Shown: positions 28,339-39,640 of the stretch, piece after piece
Numbering within the stretch: position 1 is the stretch's first letter
Layout: every line of letters starts with the position of its first letter
DNA from: Candidatus Multivoradales bacterium
GTDB taxonomy: Bacteria > Acidobacteriota > Thermoanaerobaculia > Multivoradales > JAHEKO01
Reading direction: 5' to 3'
Length of the DNA stretch: 64,000 bases
Assembly (NCBI GenBank): GCA_965223755.1
Contig: CBDCXF010000001.1
Coordinates: 937,256 to 1,001,255 of the forward strand
Translations under genes and position numbers: made by a program
Notes under the pieces: generated by a model
Database searches by the model: none
The model's input: the letters and a program-made list of their open reading frames with translations, nothing else
What the model was told of the DNA's origin: nothing

Positions 28339-31300
28339 CGGTCTCCGGAACCAGGCCCGCGTCTAGCGTCGTGTTGCTCTCGCCCGAGCCGAGGAAGAAG
28401 GTCGTCGTTTGACCCGTCGATGGATCAGCGTCGGAGTCGAGCGTGTCATCGCCGCCCGCGTCCTGAGTCGTGAAATCCCAGCCAGCCGGAGCGGTGAACG
28501 TCACCGAGTAGTTGCCCGACACCAAGTTGTTGAAGAGATAGGAGCCGTCAGCGGCGGTCGTCGTCACCAAGGTCACCGAATTGCCGAAAATATCGACTCC
28601 GGTCAGCGTCACGGTCACACCTTCGATGCCCGCTTCTCCGCCATCCTGAATGCCGTCGCCATCGTCGTCCGACCACACGGAGTCGCCAACGGACGCCGGC
28701 TGCACCAGTCCAGCGTCTACGGTGTCGTTGACCTCGCCCTGGGCGAGAGTGATGGTCCCGGTCTGACCGAAGACATTGATGTCGCTGTCGACGCTGTCAT
28801 CACCGCCGGCATCTTGAACGGTCGGCAAATAGCCGCTGGGCGCGACGAAACCAAGCTGGTAGTCGCCAGCGACCAGATCGTCAAACTCGTAGGAACCCGC
28901 AGGATCGATGATTCCATCTCCATCTACATCGGTGGTGCCATCGGAAGTCACCGTGGTGTAAAGAGCGTTGGAGGCGTCACACGTCGTCACTGTCTCCTCG
29001 CACAGGTACACCGTGACTCCAGAGATCCCCGGCTCGCCCGAATCCTGGATGCCATCACCGTCCAGGTCTTCCCAAACGAGGTCGCCAATAACCGACGTAT
29101 TGGTGCTCGGCGGCATGCAGAACTCGTCGGAGGCGCTCTCTGGTCCGGTGGTCGCCGTCGCCGTGTTGCAGATCTCGTCGGGTGGAGCGGGTAGACTATC
29201 CACCACCACTTGGAAGGTTACGGTCGCCGTTTGTCCAACATTCAGGACGAACGGAATCAACGCTCCTCCCTCATCAAGCGGAAACACTGTCGTTCCCACT
29301 CCGTCGTCAGCCAACGGTGCAGGCCCAGAGCCATCGTTGGGATCGACCGTCGTCGTATTGGGCACGTAGCTCACGAACGAGGGCAAAAAGTCCTCTACCG
29401 AAAGCGAGTTGATGGGCACAAATCCAACGTTGGTGAGATCCAACTGGTAGGTGATGGTTTCGCCGACATTGGGCTGTCCGTCCCCGTTCGGATCGTCGGT
29501 CACCGACCCAGACTTAACCGTCGCAATCGAGGCCACATTGGGAATCGCGGTGCCGAGGTCGATGGCCGGGCTACCGCCTGTGGCGGTATCGGGATCCTGT
29601 CCCCAGGCAACCGCAATCGCGGTCGAATCCTGGTCGGCGGCATCGTCGTCGCAGACCCAAATGGCCATGCCAGTCTGGTCGCCGTCGGGATCGTAGAGGA
29701 TGGTGCTGTCGAGGGGATCAACCTCCAAGCGCAGGTCGTACTCCAACCCGGTGACGGGATCGATATTGGGAGTGGCGACAATCGTCTCCAACTCCAAGGT
29801 GGCTCCGAGAAATGTGCCATCGTCAGCAGAGGGAAAAACGTCGCAAATTGCCAATGTCCAAGTACCAGCGGAACTCTCCCCGTTGAACGAAGTGTCGGCC
29901 CATAAAACGCTGCGCTCGTAGTTGAAATCGTTCTCAACAGTATCGTTGTCGCCATCGTCGAGGGCTCCGCCACTGCCGGTCAGATAGATGTCGTAGTTAT
30001 CCAGGGAATCGGTCCCGCTCGACGCAATCACGGTTACCGTCGTTCCGTCCGGCGATGTCAGCGTCGCCTGGATATCCCCTCGATAAGCATGCGAGGCCTC
30101 AAATCCAAGGTTGACCTCAGAGACAGTGAAGATGCCGGCAACGTTAAACGTCCGCACTAACTCTCCGCCGCCACAGGTGGTTGTCCCATCGATGGCCCCA
30201 TCTGTGCCGTTGTTGACGGTCGTTTGGATCGTCGATGTGCCGCTGGTCGCATCCGTGCCGTCATTGTCATAGTCGACGCACAGAGTGATCTTGCCGTCGA
30301 CCAAAGCGCTGCCGTCGACCGAATCCGCGGTGACCCACACCGGGCTCGAGTTTTCCGAGCTGGTAACCAGAGGATCGTTGCCAAATCCGAGGCCTACAAG
30401 AGCTTGTTGTGTGAGCTGGGTCTCCGGCACAAGAGTGAAACCCCAATCGTGGGCATCGCTGCTGTTGGGGACAGTGTTGGTCGTATCGTTGGTGTTGGCG
30501 TCGATGTCGATCGAGGCAATCGCGTAAAAAGCCTCCCCTGCGGGATCACACGTCGTGTTGTCGGTAGTGGTGCAGAAATGGGCACCGCTGCCGTTCGGCA
30601 TGACATAACTGGCCGTACTTCCGGCGGGCACGACCACGGTCGCCGTGCCACCGCCCTGCAGCTCAACCAGCACCGTGATACCGCTGGCCGAGGGGTTGTA
30701 CAGAGTCACCGAGGTGGTGTCGTCACCGCCCGAACTGGTCGGGTTGTAGTAGCTGTTACTCCAATCTTCCACGGGGAAGAGGGTGTAGAAGCGCGACTCG
30801 TAGTTGTCACAAATATCGCCCGCAAGGAGCCCAACTTGCACCGGGGCCGAGGACTCCACCGTTGCTCCTAGCAAAACTCCACCGTCGGCGAAATATGTCT
30901 GGCCTTCATTCAAGATCACCGTGGTGTCAACCACACCATCGGCGTTCAAATCCACATCCACGACCGTACCGTCTTCCTGGGCCATAACCGTCATACCGAT
31001 GTACTGGAAGGGTTCGTTGGTTTCGCTAAAAACGTCTTCTCCAATGGGGGCCTCATAGGCGGTGCCCCAGTTGTCAGTGGAGTACATCTCAAACGCACCG
31101 GCGAGCAAGGTCGTAGTGCTGTCTGCCCAATTGGCCTTGGTCATCGAGATGGTGTCAGTTGCCGCCACCTTGTCGCCCCCGTCGAAGTCGATGACCGACT
31201 CGAGGGTGGTAGAAGTCACCTGATTCTCAAGCAGGATGACGCTGCCCTGATCGAGCACGTCGCAGGCGTCAGCAGCACATCCTGGGGGCGCGCCGTTGGA

Positions 31301-32971
31301 AGCGTCTCCGTCACCCCACACCTCCGTCGTTGCCTGCAACGGAGCATTGATCTCGTCCTCGAAACCGTCCTCCCAGTGGTCGTAATAGATGATGGTGTTA
31401 TCGCGCAACACCGCAATCGAGGTATAGGAACTGGTCGGGTCGACCGGCGCGGACACGCTCGGGCAGCTCTCTCCGCCGGTCGTCGCGTTGGGATAGATCG
31501 ACTGCAACGCTGCCAGCAGCTCGTCCTCGGGTAGAGGCATGTAATAGGTCGTGACCGGTGGCGGTCCCTGTGAAGGCGGAACATTAACGACCACGGTGTT
31601 GGAGTTGACTGGCGAAGTCTGGTCGCTGTCCACGCTCGCGGTGTTGGAGATCGAGCCGGCAGTCACATCGGCCGCCGTCACCGTGTAGGTTCCTGTCAGC
31701 ACACAGCTTTCGCCCGTATTCACCGAAGCACAGGTTTCACTACTGGGAGTCAGTGGAAGGCCGGTGTCGCTGACGACAACGTTGGTGAAAGTTGTCGCAG
31801 GGGCCGCATACACCTCCACCTCCCCAATATTGAGCGCGTCGCCTCCAGGGTTAGTCCCCGATTTTTGCAGACGGACATATCTACCCGTGACTCCGCCGAC
31901 CGGAACATTGAAGTCTTGACCTGTGGTCGTCGAAGGAAGCTGGAATTCGAACTCCGCGGTGGCGCGGGCGTCGGACAGGTTGATCGCCCCGCCGCCCGCC
32001 GTCGGAAACGGATCGTCGGAGACCAGCACGTAGACATTGCCAAGGCGATCCGAGCAGCAGTCATCGCGGTTGAAGATGGCGATGGAGTCGATGAACTGCA
32101 GTGAGCCCAAGTCGACCTGCCACCAATCGTTGACCTCTGTACCGGCAGTATGGGCCATGCCTTCAAAGGTGTTCGCGCCTGTCGTATCACCATCGATGGC
32201 ATTGGCGGCCACGAGGTTGTTGCCGTTACTGAGAGTCGTCCACTGGCTCGCCGTCCCCGATAACGCCACGTTGGTTGGAGACCCACTAAATCCAGCGGTG
32301 GCCGTAACCGTGTAGGTCAATACATCGCCCTCGGAGACACGCCCGTCGCCGTCTCCATCTGCATTGGTCGGCGTTGACTTGACGATCTGTAGCTCGCTAG
32401 TCGACGGCGGCGTGCCATCAAACTCGAGAGTCAACGACTGGTAGGAAGGTTGGGTGCCCGACGGCCCCGCCGTCCAGGTCATGGTCAGGGTCCAAATCCC
32501 CATTGCTTGCTCGCCGTCAAACGCTGACAAAGCGTTTTCGGGAATGCGATCGCGTCCGGTTGCTGGAGCTGTATGGTTGGTGGTATCCGATTCGAGCGTC
32601 GTCACCGCTTCGTCATCGAGACGCGCGAACAGGTTCTCGCCCAGAGCCGCAAGTTGGTTGCCCACGTGAAGCAAAACTGAAGTGCCGATCGGAGACTGCA
32701 ACGATACGTCGATCCCGCCACGGTTGATCGTCGTCAGACTGACGACCGCGTTGAGGTCGTTGACGGTAAAGTCATCGGTAACGTTGATGGTCGCCGTCAC
32801 CGTCCCTGCCGGGCCGCTGGCGGTGCTGTCGGTGTAGTTGAATGGATCGGCCGCCGATGGGCCGGCTGCCAAAGCCAAGACGCCAACGACCAACGCGAAT
32901 CGCCGAAAAGTGGATCGGCAATGTCGTCCATGCAAAAGAGACCCTTTTAGGGCCTTGGCTGGTTCTTTCAT
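22004..32971 (-). CDS. giant secreted Ca-binding surface protein 1, about 3,655 aa. Order: signal peptide, P-domain, DUF11, discoidin, P-domain, SdrD-B-like repeats with dockerin-like Ca loops, C-terminal peptidase C25 (gingipain-like) domain
   Basis: ATG at 32971 with a GGGGAG RBS and signal FRRFALVVGVLALAAGPSAADP (the ORF is open to 33082). Proprotein-convertase P-domain-like segments (DVSLQSPIGTSVLL and GDIQATLTSPDGTTVTVI). F5/8-C discoidin (WWQVDLG). About 10 SdrD-B-like modules (IGDxIWxDxDGDGIQDxGE). Three blocks of DxNGDGxIDxxDDG triplets. C-terminal C25 motifs YVVLMGTGSHD, NFQGHGG, LTCVVGNF and LLGDPAVEVR. The 3' 6.4 kb is more than 99% identical to 33233-39640. Confidence 0.8.
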   Translation of the reverse strand: MKEPAKALKGSLLHGRHCRSTFRRFALVVGVLALAAGPSAADPFNYTDSTASGPAGTVTATINVTDDFTVNDLNAVVSLTTINRGGIDVSLQSPIGTSVLLHVGNQLAALGENLFARLDDEAVTTLESDTTNHTAPATGRDRIPENALSAFDGEQAMGIWTLTMTWTAGPSGTQPSYQSLTLEFDGTPPSTSELQIVKSTPTNADGDGDGRVSEGDVLTYTVTATAGFSGSPTNVALSGTASQWTTLSNGNNLVAANAIDGDTTGANTFEGMAHTAGTEVNDWWQVDLGSLQFIDSIAIFNRDDCCSDRLGNVYVLVSDDPFPTAGGGAINLSDARATAEFEFQLPSTTTGQDFNVPVGGVTGRYVRLQKSGTNPGGDALNIGEVEVYAAPATTFTNVVVSDTGLPLTPSSETCASVNTGESCVLTGTYTVTAADVTAGSISNTASVDSDQTSPVNSNTVVVNVPPSQGPPPVTTYYMPLPEDELLAALQSIYPNATTGGESCPSVSAPVDPTSSYTSIAVLRDNTIIYYDHWEDGFEDEINAPLQATTEVWGDGDASNGAPPGCAADACDVLDQGSVILLENQVTSTTLESVIDFDGGDKVAATDTISMTKANWADSTTTLLAGAFEMYSTDNWGTAYEAPIGEDVFSETNEPFQYIGMTVMAQEDGTVVDVDLNADGVVDTTVILNEGQTYFADGGVLLGATVESSAPVQVGLLAGDICDNYESRFYTLFPVEDWSNSYYNPTSSGGDDTTSVTLYNPSASGITVLVELQGGGTATVVVPAGSTASYVMPNGSGAHFCTTTDNTTCDPAGEAFYAIASIDIDANTNDTTNTVPNSSDAHDWGFTLVPETQLTQQALVGLGFGNDPLVTSSENSSPVWVTADSVDGSALVDGKITLCVDYDNDGTDATSGTSTIQTTVNNGTDGAIDGTTTCGGGELVRTFNVAGIFTVSEVNLGFEASHAYRGDIQATLTSPDGTTVTVIASSGTDSLDNYDIYLTGSGGALDDGDNDTVENDFNYERSVLWADTSFNGESSAGTWTLAICDVFPSADDGTFLGATLELETIVATPNIDPVTGLEYDLRLEVDPLDSTILYDPDGDQTGMAIWVCDDDAADQDSTAIAVAWGQDPDTATGGSPAIDLGTAIPNVASIATVKSGSVTDDPNGDGQPNVGETITYQLDLTNVGFVPINSLSVEDFLPSFVSYVPNTTTVDPNDGSGPAPLADDGVGTTVFPLDEGGALIPFVLNVGQTATVTFQVVVDSLPAPPDEICNTATATTGPESASDEFCMPPSTNTSVIGDLVWEDLDGDGIQDSGEPGISGVTVYLCEETVTTCDASNALYTTVTSDGTTDVDGDGIIDPAGSYEFDDLVAGDYQLGFVAPSGYLPTVQDAGGDDSVDSDINVFGQTGTITLAQGEVNDTVDAGLVQPASVGDSVWSDDDGDGIQDGGEAGIEGVTVTLTGVDIFGNSVTLVTTTAADGSYLFNNLVSGNYSVTFTAPAGWDFTTQDAGGDDTLDSDADPSTGQTTTFFLGSGESNTTLDAGLVPETGSIGDSIWLDEDGDGIQDAGEDGIANVTVYLCEAGVSPCDATTAIATTTSDANGDYIFDDVPPGDYTVAVDTSTLPTGLTNQTGDPDSTLDSQSTITLNAGEDIDIVDFGYNYSTTDETDTNTGTGAIGDRIWNDADGDGIQDEGELGIEGVTVLLAEVETVIDGAIDLNGDGVIDASDSGTVLDDNGDPLDIINGQIDLDGDGSITAADDGTLNGVTVIDGQLDVNGDGVIDGSDDGTAEIPIATTTTDSTGNYAFDDLDPGVYTLTVTDDNNVLTGYTQTGDPDHFGSTDTSAAANDGTTTSPIVLAPGDVVVNTDFGYQNTSLADVSGTVYLDADGNGANDIGTGSDDGIEGVTVNLVETYDIIDGQIDVNGDGVIDGNDDGTVDGINVIDGQLDVNGDGVIDGNDDGSVGGVTVIDGEVDINGDGVIDATDDGTLGIIVATTTTDENGDYTFTDVPAGDYNVVVGDTANVLEGLSQSGDPDAVLDDQTSVTVGGTDVTDLDFGYTPPGQNSDTGLIGDNIYLDADGDGTQDADEAGLEGVTVNLYDDLDGDGVLDPGEPIIATATTNENGSYYFGGLDPNAHYIVEIETSTLPNGGTGLTNTDDPDGGGDSTSAVDLGASGGIDLDQDFGYVASTPNTIGGTVWEDTDGNGTLDETGAGLEGVTVDLYEAAGIIDGGVDVNGDGVVDGNDDGTFGGIAVIDGAFDVNGDGVIDANDDGSINGYDIIDGQVDYNGDGAIDGSDDGTLLGDLVGTTTTDANGDYSFEGLPDGTYAIDVTDENNVLGGMWHSDGPNDGADNNSQDDPYLINVSGGTTDSTGDFGYYVDPGSVGDTVFYDYDGDGVQDTGEPGISGVTVEMTISYPDGSTVTLVTVTDANGVYSFDNLLADEDYNGNTGDGSTEPTYTVSVDMTQDALIGYASTEDGSGATADSSETQGSGVDGDADMVSGTSAYPEQGTTDDTNDFGVQSVAQLGDFVWEDVDGDGIQDAGEPGIAGVVVTLTGTDLFGNAVSLTTTTSDGTTDVDGDGTIDPAGSYIFNNVPFSTTPYTITFDTSGLADTWEATVVDNETGPDGDGDGSVFDPEGGGGDNDASRSGSGETDVDVLLTQGVSDFSIDAGFYRPTSIAGELFADDPVNGTQDAGDGTVDGVATLYRWDDTDNDGTVDPDELTFVDQQTTVGGAYLFTLVDGEQPLPPGNYIVGIDPTSGSYDTATATAQDVGDPDPTDTSQDIANDSDVYVDDAAIDGEADGEFLTNVFVLESGDQVTDVDAGFTITPNPATVVGVRAQGGKVSFRTASEAAVMAYDVYRWDSSTKEYSLVNSELVMADPGAGAGTTYEILDPAGKPGDRYVVVEIGVLGQEIVHGPFTASGEAWDASPAERYQARQAARKSTGSKLAGSKSTGSKSAGSVRAAAGPSARGAVSSAAPSRNGRPRGRGASTSWAKGTVTEDGVVYVSAQELATAWGISESDTQKSIRDNAVMVTNRGNAIGWWAPKGGAGLYFEGEAIDLATTDENVYWIGRGEGKLAGSLKSGAAPAPFYGGLYSETSEAEEQVYGMLWLEDDPNADYWRWSISWSGAATQSFAIAANDPASGTASLEVRLQGATFTPSGGHRMGVKVNGTQVGTASWLDREMFVGSFTFDSSLLSNANTIELVFEGSSGSVVYVDGFTLSYPRALRAIGDRLRFTALADGVATVEGFSAGAVEAFASDGGDLVHLGKTRITEEADGSFSVTVPTVAGATYDLSTVSSAKRLSDLRTDAPSKIKTSDGAEYVVVATPETRSAAEALANLRSSKYSTMVVDLEEVYDEFAFGLSDVESLASLAEHGYSGWSEKLKYVVLMGTGSHDPKNYTGRTDHLIPARFVPTPNGLAASDIGLGDVTGNGSPEVIFSRIPAETGLEAQSYVDKLIAYENGGGAWESSAIFLSDNADQAGIYPMDTDVLVDQLSGIKTTSHISLGDLDTATARSQISTEWYVGASWVNFQGHGGIDRFASEGMVMSTDVPGFGNGDRLPIVASLTCVVGNFSWPSLTTLGEQLVMEPTGGAIGLWSPSGLSYSHPAHVMNQKLLDAAFGHGPVELGEAVKTTLDQSNGEVFDFMLKIYNLLGDPAVEVR

Positions 32972-33232
32972 GAACTCCCCGGCGAGTGCCACCCGACTGA
33001 AGATGACTGCGGAGTGGTCTAATGACTCACGCCAGTCACTACCGTCAAGTCCTTTGTTCGGCAGTAAGCGTCCCCCAAACACTTACTAGGGTGGGGCGAT
33101 CACGGGATCGCCCGTGGATCATGTTGGCCGAACAGGCGGCCAACAAGTGCGCAAATTGTCACCGTCTGGCGATAATGTCAACTGTTGTAGCCATGCAGTA
33201 CGGAGGGGTTGGGGAACGGGCACACAAGAAAT

Positions 33233-36200
33233 AGGCCGCTCCAAAAAGGAGCGGCCCATTTGAAAGAAAGCCTCTAGCTCTGGCTAGCTAGCTTGAGAAG
33301 GTGCCCTAGCGCACCTCCACCGCCGGGTCACCTAGCAAGTTGTAGATCTTGAGCATGAAGTCGAAGACCTCACCATTGGACTGATCCAAGGTGGTCTTCA
33401 CGGCTTCACCCAGTTCCACCGGACCGTGGCCAAATGCCGCGTTCAGCAGCTTCTGGTTCATCACATGCGCCGGATGGCTGTAGGAAAGGCCCGAGGGAGA
33501 CCACAGCCCAATTGCTCCACCCGTCGGCTCCATCACCAATTGCTCACCCAAGGTCGTCAACGACGGCCACGAGAAGTTCCCAACCACGCAGGTCAGCGAA
33601 GCCACGATCGGCAGACGGTCTCCGTTGCCAAAGCCAGGTACATCGGTCGACATCACCATGCCCTCCGAGGCAAAGCGGTCGATCCCGCCGTGACCCTGGA
33701 AGTTCACCCAAGACGCACCCACATACCACTCGGTGCTGATCTGGCTGCGAGCCGTGGCCGTGTCCAGATCGCCCAAGGAGATGTGCGAGGTCGTCTTGAT
33801 CCCGGATAGCTGATCCACCAAGACGTCGGTGTCCATCGGGTAGATACCGGCCTGGTCGGCGTTGTCCGAAAGGAAGATGGCGCTCGATTCCCAAGCACCA
33901 CCGCCGTTCTCATAGGCGATCAGCTTGTCAACGTAACTCTGAGCTTCAAGCCCCGTCTCAGCCGGGATGCGGCTGAAGATCACCTCGGGCGATCCGTTGC
34001 CGGTGACATCACCCAGGCCGATGTCCGAGGCCGCAAGGCCATTCGGCGTCGGCACGAAGCGCGCCGGAATGAGGTGGTCGGTGCGACCCGTGTAGTTCTT
34101 CGGATCGTGAGAACCCGTGCCCATCAGCACCACGTACTTGAGCTTCTCGCTCCAGCCGCTGTAGCCGTGCTCGGCCAGAGAAGCCAGACTCTCGACATCC
34201 GAGAGACCGAAGGCAAACTCGTCATAAACCTCTTCCAGGTCCACCACCATGGTCGAGTACTTCGAAGAGCGCAGGTTGGCCAGAGCCTCGGCCGCAGAGC
34301 GCGTCTCCGGCGTCGCCACCACCACGTACTCAGCACCGTCCGAGGTCTTGATCTTGGAAGGCGCGTCGGTACGCAGGTCGGACAAACGCTTCGCTGACGA
34401 AACCGTAGACAGATCGTAGGTCGCCCCAGCCACCGTCGGCACCGTCACCGAGAAGCTGCCGTCAGCTTCTTCGGTGATCCTCGTCTTGCCCAAGTGGACC
34501 AGGTCGCCACCGTCGGAAGCAAAGGCCTCCACAGCACCCGCACTGAAGCCCTCCACCGTCGCCACGCCGTCGGCAAGAGCCGTGAAGCGCAAGCGATCGC
34601 CGATCGCCCGCAGCGCCCGCGGATAACTGAGCGTAAAGCCGTCCACGTACACCACCGAGCCCGAGCTGCCCTCAAACACCAACTCAATGGTGTTGGCGTT
34701 GCTCAGCAAGGAGGAGTCGAAAGTGAAGCTGCCCACAAACATCTCGCGGTCCAACCACGAAGCTGTACCCACCTGCGTGCCGTTCACCTTGACACCCATC
34801 CGATGACCGCCGCTCGGAGTAAACGTCGCACCCTGGAGGCGCACCTCCAGAGAGGCCGTACCCGAAGCCGGATCATTGGCCGCGATGGCAAAGCTCTGGG
34901 TCGCCGCGCCGCTCCAGGAGATCGACCAGCGCCAGTAGTCCGCATTGGGGTCGTCCTCGAGCCACAGCATCCCGTACACCTGCTCCTCGGCCTCGGAGGT
35001 CTCACTGTAGAGACCGCCGTAAAAAGGCGCGGGAGCGGCGCCGCTCTTGAGCGAGCCGGCAAGCTTCCCTTCACCGCGGCCGATCCAGTAGACGTTCTCA
35101 TCGGTCGTGGCAAGGTCAATCGCCTCGCCCTCGAAGTAGAGGCCTGCTCCACCCTTCGGCGCCCACCAACCGATGGCGTTGCCGCGGTTAGTTACCATCA
35201 CCGCATTGTCGCGGATCGACTTTTGGGTGTCGCTCTCACTGATACCCCAGGCCGTAGCAAGTTCTTGCGCGGAGACATACACCACCCCATCCTCGGTCAC
35301 CGTACCCTTGGCCCAAGAGGTGCTAGCACCTCGACCGCGGGGACGGCCGTTGCGGCTCGGAGCCGCCGAGGAAACCGCACCGCGAGCACTCGGGCCCGCA
35401 GCCGCTCGGACCGAGCCAGCTGACTTGGAGCCAGTTGACTTGGAGTCAGTTAACTTGGAGCCAGTTGACTTGCGGGCAGCCTGGCGCGCCTGGTAGCGCT
35501 CCGCCGGCGAAGCATCCCAAGCCTCACCGCTTGCCGTGAACGGGCCGTGCACGATCTCTTGACCCAGAACTCCGATCTCAACCACCACGTAGCGATCCCC
35601 TGGCTTGCCGGCAGGATCGAGAATCTCGTAAGTCGTACCCGCGCCAGCGCCAGGATCAGCCATCACCAGCTCGCTGTTGACCAAACTGTATTCCTTGGTT
35701 GAGCTGTCCCAGCGGTAGACGTCATAGGCCATCACTGCAGCCTCTGAAGCCGTGCGGAAGCTCACCTTGCCGCCCTGGGCACGCACACCCACCACCGTCG
35801 CCGGGTTGGGAGTAATCGTGAAGCCGGCATCCACATCCGTCACTTGATCCCCACTCTCGAGCACGAACACGTTGGTCAAGAATTCGCCATCCGCCTCGCC
35901 GTCGATCGCTGCATCATCAACGTAGACATCGCTGTCATTGGCGATGTCCTGGCTGGTGTCCGTGGGGTCCGGATCACCCACATCCTGAGCCGTTGCCGTC
36001 GCCGTGTCATAGGAACCCGAAGTCGGATCGATGCCCACGATGTAGTTGCCGGGAGGCAGCGGTTGCTCACCGTCCACCAAGGTAAACAAGTAGGCACCTC
36101 CGACCGTCGTCTGCTGATCCACAAAGGTCAGTTCGTCAGGATCAACCGTGCCGTCATTGTTGGTGTCATCCCAGCGATACAGCGTCGCCACTCCATCAAC

Positions 36201-39200
36201 CGTGCCGTCGCCCGCGTCCTGCGTTCCGTTGACCGGATCGTCGGCAAACAACTCACCGGCAATCGACGTTGGACGGTAGAAACCGGCGTCGATCGAAAAG
36301 TCGGAAACTCCCTGAGTCAGCAGCACGTCGACATCGGTCTCTCCAGAGCCGGAGCGAGAAGCATCGTTGTCACCACCACCACCCTCAGGGTCAAACACCG
36401 AACCGTCTCCGTCACCATCCGGGCCGGTTTCGTTGTCGACCACTGTCGCCTCCCAAGTGTCGGCCAGACCGGAAGTGTCAAAGGTGATCGTGTAAGGCGT
36501 CGTGCTGAACGGCACATTGTTGAAGATGTACGAACCGGCAGGATCGATCGTCCCGTCACCGTCCACATCAGTCGTACCGTCCGAAGTCGTCGTCGTCAGA
36601 CTCACAGCGTTGCCAAAAAGGTCCGTGCCCGTGAGCGTTACGACTACGCCCGCGATCCCAGGCTCGCCGGCATCCTGGATACCGTCACCGTCCACGTCCT
36701 CCCACACGAAGTCGCCAAGCTGCACCACGGATTGAACGCCGAAGTCGTTGGTGTCGTCGGTCGTTCCCTGCTCGGGGTAGGCCGAAGTCCCGGACACCAT
36801 GTCGGCATCGCCGTCGACTCCCGATCCTTGAGTCTCGCTGCTGTCAGCAGTCGCCCCAGAACCATCTTCGGTCGAGGCGTAGCCGATAAGGGCGTCCTGG
36901 GTCATGTCAACCGAGACGGTGTAGGTCGGCTCAGTCGAACCATCTCCGGTGTTGCCGTTGTAGTCCTCGTCAGCCAGTAGATTGTCGAAGCTATAAACCC
37001 CGTTTGCATCTGTAACCGTCACAAGCGTGACCGTTGAACCATCCGGATAAGAGATCGTCATCTCAACGGTGACCCCGGAAATTCCCGGCTCGCCCGTATC
37101 TTGAACGCCGTCACCGTCGTAGTCGTAGAAAACTGTGTCCCCGACCGAGCCCGGATCCACGTAGTAGCCGAAGTCGCCGGTCGAGTCCGTCGTACCGCCT
37201 GAAACGTTGATCAGGTACGGATCGTCCTGACTGTTGTTGTCGGCGCCATCATTGGGGCCGTCCGAGTGCCACATACCACCCAGTACGTTGTTCTCATCGG
37301 TGACATCGATGGCGTAGGTGCCGTCCGGCAGACCTTCAAATGAGTAGTCCCCGTTGGCGTCGGTGGTCGTCGTGCCAACCAGATCACCCAATAGGGTGCC
37401 GTCGTCGCTGCCGTCGATCGCACCGTCGCCGTTGTAGTCAACTTGCCCGTCGATGATGTCGTAGCCGTTGATCGAGCCGTCGTCGTTGGCGTCGATCACG
37501 CCGTCGCCGTTGACGTCGAAGGCGCCGTCGATCACCGCGATGCCACCAAAGGTGCCGTCGTCGTTGCCGTCCACCACCCCGTCGCCGTTGACATCGACTC
37601 CGCCGTCAATGATGCCCGCGGCCTCGTAGAGATCCACCGTCACGCCCTCAAGGCCGGCGCCGGTCTCGTCCAGAGTGCCGTTGCCGTCGGTGTCTTCCCA
37701 CACCGTGCCACCGATGGTGTTGGGCGTCGAGGCGACGTAGCCGAAGTCCTGATCGAGATCGATGCCGCCCGAAGCCCCCAGATCCACAGCAGAAGTCGAA
37801 TCCCCGCCGCCGTCCGGATCGTCGGTGTTGGTCAGACCCGTCCCGCCGTTGGGAAGCGTCGACGTCTCGATCTCCACAATGTAGTGAGCATTCGGATCGA
37901 GACCACCAAAATAGTAGCTGCCGTTTTCGTTCGTCGTCGCAGTCGCGATGATCGGCTCACCAGGGTCCAAAACGCCGTCACCGTCCAGGTCATCGTAGAG
38001 ATTCACGGTGACCCCCTCAAGCCCGGCCTCGTCCGCGTCCTGCGTACCATCCCCGTCAGCGTCGAGATAGATGTTGTCGCCGATCAAACCGGTATCGCTG
38101 TTCTGGCCCGGCGGCGTATAGCCGAAGTCCAAATCGGTGACATCCGTGCCCCCGACCGTGACCGAAGTCTGGTCATCGAGAACCGCATCGGGATCGCCGC
38201 TTTGGCTCAATCCCTCGAGGACATTGGCGGTGTCGCCCACCACCACGTTGTAGTCACCCGCAGGTACATCGGTGAAGGTGTAGTCGCCGTTTTCATCAGT
38301 TGTAGTCGTGGCAACAATGATCCCCAGCGTGCCGTCGTCCGTCGCATCGATGACGCCGTCGCCATTGATGTCGACTTCACCGTCGATCACCGTCACCCCA
38401 CCGACGCTGCCGTCATCATTGCCGTCGATAACGCCGTCGCCGTTGACATCAAGCTGGCCGTCGATGACGTTGATGCCATCGACCGTCCCGTCGTCGTTGC
38501 CGTCGATAACGCCGTCGCCGTTGACGTCGATTTGGCCGTCGATGATGTCGTAGGTCTCGACCAAGTTGACCGTGACCCCCTCAACGCCAGCGTCGGAACC
38601 GGTACCGATGTCGTTGGTACCGTCGCCGTCGGCATCCAGGTACACCGTTCCGGAAACATCCGCCAAACTGGTGTTCTGGTAGCCGAAGTCGGTGTTGACA
38701 ACCACATCACCAGGAGCCAAAACGATCGGTGAAGTTGTGGTGCCGTCGTTGGCCGCCGCACTGGTGTCGGTCGAACCGAAGTGATCGGGGTCACCGGTCT
38801 GGGTGTACCCGGTCAGCACGTTGTTGTCGTCCGTCACCGTCAAGGTGTACACCCCTGGATCGAGGTCGTCAAAAGCGTAGTTGCCGGTGCTATCCGTGGT
38901 AGTCGTCGCAATCGGAATCTCAGCCGTACCGTCGTCGCTGCCGTCGATGACTCCGTCACCGTTGACATCCAACTGGCCGTCGATCACCGTCACCCCATTG
39001 AGCGTGCCGTCATCGGCCGCCGTAATCGAACCGTCGCCATCGAGGTCGATTTGACCGTTGATGATGTCGAGCGGGTCACCGTTGTCGTCGAGCACCGTGC
39101 CGCTGTCGCTGGCGTCGATGACGCCGTCGCCGTTGAGGTCGATCGCACCGTCGATGACGGTCTCCACCTCGGCCAGCAAGACCGTGACCCCTTCAATGCC

Positions 39201-39640
39201 CAACTCACCTTCGTCCTGGATGCCGTCGCCGTCGGCGTCGTTCCAGATCCGGTCGCCGATCGCGCCGGTGCCGGTGTTGGTGTCGGTCTCATCGGTAGTT
39301 GAGTAGTTGTAGCCAAAGTCGACAATGTCGATGTCCTCGCCGGCATTGAGAGTGATCGTGGACTGGCTGTCCAAGGTCGAATCCGGATCGCCGGTCTGGT
39401 TGGTGAGACCCGTCGGCAGGGTGCTGGTGTCGACCGCCACCGTGTAGTCGCCAGGAGGCACATCGTCAAAGATGTAGTCGCCATTGGCATCCGACGTCGT
39501 GGTCGCGATCGCGGTCGTCGCATCGCAAGGCGAAACACCGGCCTCACAGAGGTATACCGTGACATTGGCAATGCCGTCTTCACCAGCATCCTGAATGCCA
39601 TCGCCGTCCTCATCCAACCAGATCGAGTCGCCGATCGAGC
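33233..39640. repeat. 6.4-kb direct repeat, copy 2
   Basis: See copy 1. Divergence begins immediately 5' of the codons for IGDSIW (39640 versus 28338). Confidence 0.9.
33234..33256 (-). terminator. terminator of giant gene 2 (duplicated hairpin)
   Basis: ggccgctcc-aaaaa-ggagcggcc. Lies inside the duplicated segment. Its U-tract is weaker than in copy 1. Confidence 0.5.
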